Both the position numbers and the translations under genes were made by a program. Source: Octopus bimaculoides (Eukaryota). From it: DNA of 64,000 bases. The notes beneath the pieces were generated by a model. The model was not told where the DNA came from and ran no database searches. It saw nothing but the letters and a program-made list of their open reading frames with translations. Position 1 is the first letter of the stretch; every line of letters begins with the position of its first letter. The DNA lies in NCBI RefSeq assembly GCF_001194135.2, contig NC_068981.1, positions 99,437,319 through 99,501,318 of the forward strand, written 5' to 3'. Shown in pieces: positions 54,807-64,000 of this stretch.

Positions 54807-55475
54807 NNNNNNNNNNNNNNNNNNNNNNNNNNNNNNNNNNNNNNNNNNNNNNNNNNNNNNNNNNNNNNNNNNNNNNNNNNNNNNNNNNNNNNNNNNNNNN
54901 NNNNNNNNNNNNNNNNNNNNNNNNNNNNNNNNNNNNNNNNNNNNNNNNNNNNNNNNNNNNNNNNNNNNNNNNNNNNNNNNNNNNNNNNNNNNNNNNNNNN
55001 NNNNNNNNNNNNNNNNNNNNNNNNNNNNNNNNNNNNNNNNNNNNNNNNNNNNNNNNNNNNNNNNNNNNNNNNNNNNNNNNNNNNNNNNNNNNNNNNNNNN
55101 NNNNNNNNNNNNNNNNNNNNNNNNNNNNNNNNNNNNNNNNNNNNNNNNNNNNNNNNNNNNNNNNNNNNNNNNNNNNNNNNNNNNNNNNNNNNNNNNNNNN
55201 NNNNNNNNNNNNNNNNNNNNNNNNNNNNNNNNNNNNNNNNNNNNNNNNNNNNNNNNNNNNNNNNNNNNNNNNNNNNNNNNNNNNNNNNNNNNNNNNNNNN
55301 NNNNNNNNNNNNNNNNNNNNNNNNNNNNNNNNNNNNNNNNNNNNNNNNNNNNNNNNNNNNNNNNNNNNNNNNNNNNNNNNNNNNNNNNNNNNNNNNNNNN
55401 NNNNNNNNNNNNNNNNNNNNNNNNNNNNNNNNNNNNNNNNNNNNNNNNNNNNNNNNNNNNNNNNNNNNNNNNNNN
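54807..55475. other. Assembly gap (N run) flanked by a (TATG)/(TG) microsatellite and a SINE
   Basis: N characters. Smaller 10-N gaps occur at 20840-20849 and 57268-57277. Confidence 0.99.
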
Positions 55476-55805
55476 TTCGATTCCCAGACCGGACATTGTG
55501 AGTGTTTATTGAGCGAAAACACCTAAAGCTCCACGAGGATCCGGCAGGGGATGGTGGCGAACCCTGCTGTACTCTTTCACCACAGCTTTCTCTCACTCTT
55601 ACTTCCTGTTTCTGTTGTGCCTGTAATTCAAAGGGTCAGCCTTGTCACACTGTGTCACGCTGAATATCCCTGAGAATTACGTTAAGGGTACACGTGTCTG
55701 TGGAGGGCTCAGCCACTTGCACGTTAATTTCATGAGCAGGCTGTTCCGTTGATCGGATCAACTGGAACCCTCGACGTCGTAAGCGACGGAGTGCCAACAA
55801 CAACA
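55476..55805 (+). mobile_element. tRNA-derived SINE family B, 5' end lost in the gap
   Basis: Near-identical to ~22088-22417, with a (CAA)n tail. Confidence 0.92.
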
Positions 55806-56644
55806 GTGATCATCATCCAGTTGGGCAGCTTGCTCAGACTAATGCAACTTTTCCATGCCAGATGTCCTGATCAAGCAATGCAGCATGGGTGTTTGACTTG
55901 GGTTTTAGTCACATTGGTCTTTTGCTAGCTGAAATGTCTCATCTGTGCATGCCATGACCACAGACGATAGAATAGGTTACTAACTGAACTGGTTGATCAT
56001 GGGCATTGACTGGTTGTATGTTCATCTGTTGAGCATCTGAGGATATTTGCCATTGATTCAATAAGTTCACAGGCTGAAATAGTTTGCATCCACAACGTTG
56101 CATCCTGTGATCTCAACATAATCTGAAAAATTGTAAAAGATCAGTAGTTGAAGTATATTCTGACTGTAAAGAAGAAGGCCAGTTTTTGTGATAGCGTCTA
56201 TACTATGCACATTTTCATTCTTAACATTATATTATCCCTATCTGAGTTAAAATAGATGTTGCAGTAATTTTCCTTACATCATATTCATAAATAGCACAAA
56301 GAAGTGAGGTCATCTGGAAAGAGCCACAGTAATAATGATACTAAGAGTGAGGAGTATAAATATGGTTGTGATGGAAATAATAATGGAGTTGATGATGATA
56401 TGCTAACTATTTCTCTCTACCTGAAGTTAAAATCTTAATACAATATTATTATTTGATTTCACATAGAGCAGATGGTTAACTGATAAAGATGGTAGTTATA
56501 AAAAAAAAAGAAAAGGATGCTATCTTTCATTTCTCAAAAATTTCCAAAGCCATCTTATCTTTGAAGTAAAATATTTCAAACTTATGCTTGAGTTTCTTTT
56601 CTCTAATCAATTTCTATCATTTTGTTTTTCATTCTAGATCCGGT

Positions 56645-56685
56645 ATGGGTGAACTAAAGAAATGTTTGAAAAATTCAAAATTGCT
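56645..56685 (+). CDS. TTLL9: TTLL9-like, probable first coding exon (MGELKKCLKNSKL; exon starts at 56638)
   Basis: Acceptor tttgtttttcattctag, ATG at 56645, phase-2 donor gtaagt that matches the phase of the next exon. The peptide itself is not recognisably conserved. Confidence 0.6.
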
Positions 56686-57378
56686 GTAAGTTTTACACAT
56701 CTATCATTTTACTAATGTCAACCACTTAACAGTGTGTGCTGGGTGAAGGGTGTAGCTGATCATATGGACTTTATTTTATCGACTCTTGAAGAATGAAAGA
56801 CAAAGTTGACCTGTATTAAAACATTTTTTATTGTATATAGGTGTATGAAAAACGTTTCAGTTCAGAAAAACCATAATTCAATATGATTTGTTGTGGGTTA
56901 ACCAGTGTCTCAGCTAGAATTTGTGCATGATCCTTGCTTTTAGAATTTGTGCATGTTTGGATGGTCCTTGCTTTTGTGGCTTTCCTCCCTAAAACATATA
57001 TAGGAAAGTTGGTTATACATCATTAGATGTATACCTGACTTTCCTATATAAAATTAGCGCTTTTACACTCCAGACCATCAACTTAAACATTTATTCAGGT
57101 GGTCAATATATGCATCTTTGGTTCTTGTTGTTACAGCTTCTGTGTGTGTGAGCATAGTTGTTGGGACGTTGTTATGTAGATGTAAGCGAGCTGTCGAGTG
57201 TAAGTCCGAAAGATGGAGAGTGACAGCTAAACACGTAAAGAGACTGTCTCCAGAGTTGGAATGTTGGNNNNNNNNNNCTCCAGAGTTGGAATGTTGGAGA
57301 CACTGCTTGACACGTCCATGCTCATGGCTGGCCGACCAAGAAAGAGATAGAATTAAGCGGGAAAGCTTGCTTGTTTAA

Positions 57379-57469
57379 TTCCACGCATGCGTGAGACTAC
57401 GCATGCGCACGGCGTTACTACAGGGTTCCACGCATGCGTGAGACTACGCATACGCACGGCGTTACTACA
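57379..57469. repeat. 47-bp tandem repeat x2, CpG-rich, with palindromic cores
   Basis: ttccacgcatgcgtgagactacgcatgcgcacggcgttactaca at 57379 and 57426. Confidence 0.9.
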
Positions 57470-58456
57470 CATATATAAAAATGTACCAACCCTTCCTCCA
57501 AAATGGTACCTCATAGAGTCTGTCCTTCTCTCCTTTTAGCTATACTAGTGCGTTTAATGTTTTGGAAAAATCATGAGTAGCATGGAGTTTCTAGAGGGAT
57601 GTGTTTCTAAAAGCAAGTGGTTAGATAAAGTCTTCAGTATGAGTTCTAGGAGAAGTAAGTAATTTGATTGATAAATAATCAACAAATGTATAGCTGTTGT
57701 TTAACTCCAGATCAACCCTGATGAAGCATACCTATGAATCAAAGGCATTTAAGCTGTGACCACCCAACTTGTTTAAGGATATGTCTAAGACTACATTTAT
57801 CCAGTGTACCCTTTCTTTATTTAAGACACTACAACAATGATTTCCAATGCTTCTGTCACCTCATCACCCTAGCTCTCTATGCTTAAGGTGCACAACACAC
57901 AAAGTACACATTCTAAATAATCCTTTCTACTATAGGCAGAAGGCCTGAAATTTGGGGAAGAGGTATAATCAATTATATTGTCACCAGTACTCTACTGGTA
58001 CATATTTTATCGATCCTGAAAGGATGAAAGGCAGTCGACTTCTGTAGAATTTGTACTCAGAATGTGAAGATGGACAAAATACCACCAAGCATTTCATCCG
58101 ATGTACTAACAATTCTGCTAGCTTTTGAATTTAAAACCTTGTGATACTCTTAATTATCACCTAGAAGATCCTGGTTAGAGGCCACTATGGCAGAGTATGA
58201 TTTAAAGAATGTTTGGCTGCCATTTGCTGGGGATGAAACCACATAGAAGTTACTTCATTGGTTCATTTATTGCAAAGCTAAAGGAGAAACAGAGATATTC
58301 ACACACTGGGCTAGTAGGTTATAGTGTTGATGAGTAAATGTCTGTCAATTAGGGTCAAAAATCTGTTGTTACCATCCATATTTGCAGAATGTTATATTTA
58401 CTGAAAGATCTACAAAACCCTTATTATTTCATTATTCTTTGTTGCTCTCATTATAG

Positions 58457-58543
58457 GGAACGTCAGATACGTTTTAGGTGTGGTATTCAAAACACTGTCT
58501 TTGATGTATTACAAGCACGAGCAGGCTGGCAGGAAGTGGTAAG
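58457..58543 (+). CDS. TTLL9: TTLL9-like coding exon (ERQIRFRCGIQNTVFDVLQARAGWQEVV)
   Basis: 87 nt, acceptor cattatag, donor gtatgt, phase 2-2. Aligns to human TTLL9 [25 protein letters not shown] as recalled. Confidence 0.88.
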
Positions 58544-59577
58544 GTATGTTGATAGTTTTTACAATTTAATTTGTGTGTGGTGATATTAACACTTTTATTG
58601 TGTATAGAATTACTCTTGTTATGTAGTATATTCCTTTGGTAGTTGCCTAGTTTAACCCCACCGCCTGGCATTGTGAATGCCTTAAGTGGAGTTCACTCTG
58701 TTGCAAGCATTTGGATCAGGCTCCCTCTCATCAGTCTGTGAGGTCTTGTAGTGAGTCATGAATTCTGGCTTCCCTCCTGACTAAAAGAAAATAGAAAAAT
58801 GCCAGCATGGAAGGCAGACATTAAACAATGATGATGATAATGTTATTCTGTTCCTTACCTTTATGGTTAGTCACATTATCAGCAACATCAGCATTAAGAA
58901 CAACTACAACAACAACAACAATTGCAAAAAAACAATTCAATTTACTTAGTTTCTTCTACAGATTCATCAACAAGGGACCGCTACAAGGTTGCTCAACTTG
59001 GTAAAAATAACAGCCAAATCTCCCATTAATCATTCTCTGCCGTTGTAATGGAAAGAAGGGTTGGATAATACATGCAGTCCTAGATGCAGTATATTTGAAT
59101 AATAAGTTGAATGTCCAAGGCTGCAATTTTCTTTATTGTAGATCTACCCTGCTTTCTCTGTTAACCTTCCTGTAATTCTACTGCATCTCTTATGTGTTGT
59201 GTCCCCAGCTTGCACTGGGTACACTGTATGGAATCTCTATTTACACCCTTTCTACATTTCAAACTTGAAGGAATTAGTGTCTGCTTGCTTTCTTACTTAC
59301 TAGAACTTTGGTCTTTGATAACTTAACTTTAAAGACCCTTTCATTCTTGGTTTTGCTTCCCCACCTGGAATTTCTTTTCTAATTCTACTACATATTCAAC
59401 TATAAGAACAATGTTATCAGCATAGAGGAGTTCCTATGGGTTCTTAGTTTTAAACTCCTCTGGAGGACAATGATACACACACACACACGTGCGCATATAT
59501 ATGTATGTATATCTATGTTGTGGGTGTGTGTATATTGTAATATTGTAATATTGTAAATCGTGTTTTAACTTTTACAG

Positions 59578-59689
59578 TGAAGAAGACTGGGATTTCTTTT
59601 GGTGTGACCGAGAATTCTCAAAAGACAACTACACAGGATTGTACCTGCATGAACACCAGCGGATGCTTCATTTCAGAAACCATCATGAG
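59578..59689 (+). CDS. TTLL9: TTLL9-like coding exon (EEDWDFFWCDREF...YLHEHQRMLHFRNHHE); gene continues beyond the window
   Basis: 112 nt, acceptor ttttacag, donor gtaaga. Matches TTLL9 EWDFYWCD...YMDEHVRISHFRNHYE. Confidence 0.92.
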
Positions 59690-59772
59690 GTAAGAAATCT
59701 CCATGTTATAAGAAATCTCCATGTTATAAGAAATCTCCATGTTGTAAGAAATCTCCATGTTGTAAGAAACCT
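59690..59772 (+). repeat. 18-bp minisatellite (RTAAGAAATCTCCATGTT x4 plus a partial copy) starting at the TTLL9 donor
   Basis: Units start at 59690, 59708, 59726, 59744 and 59762. Confidence 0.95.
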
Positions 59773-61124
59773 GGGTACTTTTCAAGTGATACTGGTACCT
59801 GAAAGGACAAACCTGTATGTGTGGAAGACAGTAATTTTACTTAGCTTCACATCTCTTATCAAGTACATCAAATCGCCACATCTCCCAGTCCCTTGTTAGT
59901 TCCTCAATGAGGCCCAGTGTCCGAAAATCCTTTATCACCACTTCCCACCTTTCTCTCCACAATATACAAAATGATATAGCTTGGTCATGGCTGGAACATC
60001 TTTGGTCATAGGGCTGCTCAAGGAGGATTGGCCTGGTGCTAAACAGTTAAAGCAATAAAAAAAAAGACTTGTGGTAAGTAATATGATGGAGGTATGAAAT
60101 CATCTTTATGCTGTGAAAGAATGCCAATGATTAGAAAAAAAAACTCCAGCATGTGTATTAACAACTGGAAATTGGCTTAGAATCTTCATAACTTTGATAT
60201 TGTTGAACAGACAACAAGATACTACTCCATGGCATCACAACATCACAAACACTAAATGAAAACTTTAGAAACATTTATCACTATTTTATACTGAAATTTC
60301 CTTACAAAACCTCTTGCCAAGCAAATTAGACAGAAGTCAATGAGTGAGTCTCTACATGGTCTGGGCTTAGGCATAATAATATAATGTTCATCCATTGGTG
60401 TTGATGATGACCAAGGACATCACATGGGCGAAAAAGACAGGTAACAGTGCATCTGGCTGTGATCGATCAGGCCAATGTGAGCTTGGAAGGTTCTTTTGCA
60501 GGTCAGGTACTTAGTGGTCTGCTGGGAATGAAGGCCAGGATTTGCCTCTGGACTTGCGCAGCACATGTTTTCTTTGCACTCCTGCATGGTTTGGGCTTAG
60601 GCACAACTGTGTGGTTAACATGTTTACTTCAAAACCATGAACTCTTGAGTTCAATCTCACTGCATGTCATCTTGAACTTGTATTTTTACCATAACCTCAG
60701 GTCTTGTGAGTGAATTTGGAAAGATGGAAACTATGTAGAAGCCAAGTCAGATGGATTGTTCCTGTAATCCAATGGTCTAGCTTTGTCACACAGTCTTACA
60801 CAGATTCTGCTACGAACTACATTAAAGATACATATGTATGTGGAATACTCAGCCACTTTGAATTCTAATTTAATGAATAACAGCTCATTTAATTGAACAA
60901 ATGGATGCTCATGCATCAAAAGCAATAGGGAAGTCCATCGTGTGGTTACTTGATCTGCAAGAATTAGCAGTCTAATATCCTTGAAATTAGAATTCACTTT
61001 TTTGAAAAAAGGAAAATACATATTATATAATGTAGTTATAGATATATTCCATTATCCAAAAGACAGGAAGGTCATAAATGGGATGCTTTTGATCATAGCT
61101 CAGCTTGATCAAGGATGGGCTTTG

Positions 61125-61487
61125 TGGTAAGTAGCTTGCTTACCAACCACATGGTTCCGGGTTCAGTCCCACTGCGTGGCACCTTGGGCAAGTGTCTTCT
61201 ACTATAGCCTCGGGCCGACCAAAGCCTTGTGAGTGGATTTGGTAGACAGAAACTGAAAGAAGCCTGTCGTATATATGTATATATATATATGTGTGTGTGT
61301 TGTCCCCCCACCATCGCTTGACAACCGATGCTGGTGTGTTTATGTCTCTGTAACTTAGCAATTCGGCAAAAAGAGACCGATAGAATAAGTACTAGGCTTA
61401 CAAAGAATAAGTCCTGGGGTCGATTTGCTCAACTAAAGGCAGTGCTCCAGCATGGCCGCAGTCAAATGACTGAAACAAGTAAAAGAG
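61125..61487 (+). mobile_element. SINE family C (…caccttgggcaagtgtcttctactatagcc…) with internal microsatellite
   Basis: Related decayed pieces occur at ~1560, ~25130-25230, ~60620-60740 and ~62400-62540. Confidence 0.82.
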
Positions 61488-61522
<35 letters not shown>

Positions 61523-63392
61523 GTAAATTTCCAAAATTGGTTAGTAGGGATATAAAATCCTAGTGGGCACCGTGTTCACTTTTACTAGTTAACAATGCTG
61601 ACTAACCTCAGTGAATGTAAATGAACTCCAGTTAGTTTACTATACTTCATAAATCCTCAGTTTGGTAAATCCATGTCTCTATAGAGACTGCAAAGTATCA
61701 GTAGAGAAGAAATAATTAATAAAAATTAGGAGAACAGATTTACATATCCAGGTTTTATTATATAGTTAATCACATCTTTTAATGTCAGTACCCTACATAT
61801 GTTTCTGCTGCAAGCCAGTTCACACTGCAAATTAAGCATTTTGGTATGCATTTTTGTTGTTAATTACTGATACTGCTTCAGATACCATCTGAGCAGAGTT
61901 ACTAGTCCAGCCAAAATTGTTTATACACATGGTGTTAGTTTACTAAAGATAGCCTAAATTTTGAATTTTCAACCTGGTTGGTGAAAAGACAAGTCATTTG
62001 CTCTCTGAAATTAGGTCAATTACTTGCTAATGTATTTAAGTTCATATACCTATTCTTGTCATTCCATCAGTGTAAATATATGTATAAAGAGTGAATGTAT
62101 GATACTAATTATGAATATTCTAGGACAAAACAAAAACATCATGTCATGCCTTGAAGACTTTGTTGGTTTTTGGAATTCACATCTATAGTAGATACACAAC
62201 TACACACACAAAGCTTTAAGACATTTCTGTTAATGCTCATTTATCAAATCATTGCATGTAAGAAATTCAATGTAAATATTGTCAGTTGTGGTTTCAATCA
62301 TCATCGTAGGTGTCCTTTGATTGTGAAAGACTTTGGAGTTGTACCATTGGGTTTATTTTAGGATAGAGACAAGGAGCAAGATAATATGCAGGCATGGCTG
62401 AATGGTTAAGATACTTGTTTCAAAATCATGAGATTCCAGGCTCAATCACACCACATAGCATCTTGGACAAGTGTCTTCTGCCATAGCTTCAGGTCAGTCT
62501 AAGCTTTGTGAGTGAAACTGGGTAAACAGAAATAAATGGAAGCACATCAGATGACTATATCAATAATTCATACAAACAGTGTTATGCTAATTCTGCTTGA
62601 AGGTTACATTAAAGAAATGATTGTCTGTGGAATGTTTGTCCATTTACACTATAATACAATAAATAACTAATTCCCATGATGAAACAATTGCAATATTCAT
62701 CAACGGAACCAGCAGAAGTTCCATTTATATTTACTTCATTACCAACATATGCCCACAAACAGCTTGCTAAGAAATAAAAGAACAATATTTCATAAGGGTT
62801 ACATTATGAGAGAACCTCTATGTTGAAACTGTATACCTTTTTTCTGTTTCCATTCAGTCTCTCAAGCTTCTGCCAAAGTTATCAGTAGAGAGATAGACAG
62901 AAGAACTGTAGAAATATAGAAGTGGGAGAATAAATATACTTACAGCATAGCATTTATTTTTTATTTTTTCATAGTAGAAAGAATTAATATGGCATAAGTG
63001 TACTGAAGCATTCTTTGTGTTTTTTCTTTTGCAACACACATGCATACAGATGCATTCACACATACACGCACACACATCTGCTTATATAATTAACGATGTG
63101 TCTCCTCTCCCCCTGTTTGTTTGTCTCTGTAACAAGTGCAACAAATCAGTTAGGTACAATGATACTTTCACTATATCTGTTTTCTATCAAAGTACTGGCA
63201 ATTTGTAAAGTTAGCTGTGTCCATGTATAAATTGCATGTGTATGTGTGTGTGTATGTTTAATATCATTTTTAAAATAATAAATATATATGTATATATAGA
63301 TGTGTGCGTATATACATATCTGTAGTATATATATATATATAGACAGTCTAAATTCAAACTGGTGTTCTAACAGCCTAGTCATATTCAGTGAC

Positions 63393-63424
<32 letters not shown>

Positions 63425-63427
<3 letters not shown>

Positions 63428-64000
63428 CATGAGGGGAAGTATTATCCACACTTTCACCAACCATAACATATCTTTATTATTGTCACACTGCCTTCTGCAC
63501 ATGCATGCTTATAGTTAGTACTATTGTGTCATGTGATCGAAGTTTGAGCCTGATCACACCATTTTTATTTCTGGCTTTGCTGTGTAAGCATGGCTGATCC
63601 ACTAGCAATGTGCACCAAAGAAGAAAAGAGCAGTGATTTGATTTCTCTGGCCAGAAGGTGTGTCAGGTGCTGAAATTCATTGGAGGCTTTTAGTACAATA
63701 CAGGTATGCCTGTCAGCTTCCACCACTGACAAGAAAATTCAGTAAGCTCAAAAGATGGAATGGTGAACTGGCGAGTTATCATCAATGAGGTAGCTTGTTC
63801 TCTACAGATCAGTCATGGTTCTGCCTATCAAATCATCCATGATGAGCTTGGCTTCCATAAAGTTTGTGCAAGATGGGTGCCAAGAGAGCTTCCTGCAGAG
63901 CACAAGTGCAACCATCTTGAGGTCTGCCAATATTTACTCAACCATTACAACAATGAGGGCAAGGATCTTTTGAACAGAATAGTCACAGGAGATGAAACAT
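63425..64000 (+). mobile_element. Mariner transposase pseudogene fragment, running off the right edge
   Basis: RAVI*FLWPEGVSGAEIH (HTH), KVCARWVPREL and RIVTGDET (WVPREL linker and first catalytic Asp). Confidence 0.9.

Noticed and set aside
54650-55596. Six long ORFs of 239-290 aa
   Set aside because: Artefacts of reading through the N gap.
59780-63400. Next TTLL9 exon (expected to start LTRKN)
   Set aside because: It was not found on inspection and probably lies beyond the window.
1-64000. CRISPR arrays, rRNA genes, prokaryotic operons
   Set aside because: No regularly spaced repeat-spacer array or rRNA-like sequence was seen, and the DNA is clearly intron-containing animal genome.

Overview
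This is AT-rich eukaryotic genomic DNA with (TA)n/(CA)n microsatellites, three N gaps and dense SINEs. The repeat families look like those of an octopod cephalopod; this is inferred from recognition, not from a search. Three protein-coding genes are supported. (1) WRAP73/WDR8 is an intronless 448-aa CDS on + (22965-24311). (2) A five-exon, 216-aa DUSP22/DUSP15-family phosphatase lies on - (40302 down to 31346) with an intact HCLSGVSRS motif split by an intron. (3) The first three coding exons of TTLL9 lie on + (56645-59689) and the gene continues past the window. The DUSP and TTLL9 genes are head-to-head, as DUSP15 and TTLL9 are in human, and an RFX X-box-like motif sits between them. The rest is mostly transposon remains: a Penelope-like element (RT + GIY-YIG), Tx1/L1 fragments, a Mag-like Gypsy element inserted into the Tx1 RT, CR1/L2 and Tc1/mariner fragments, TTAA-flanked MITEs, a TIR element with internal (CCCTAA)-like repeats, and at least three SINE families. 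The CpG pattern and phase-compatible splice signals suggest an additional unidentified small gene on - at about 12-17.6 kb (low confidence). No CRISPR array, rRNA or bona fide tRNA gene was seen.
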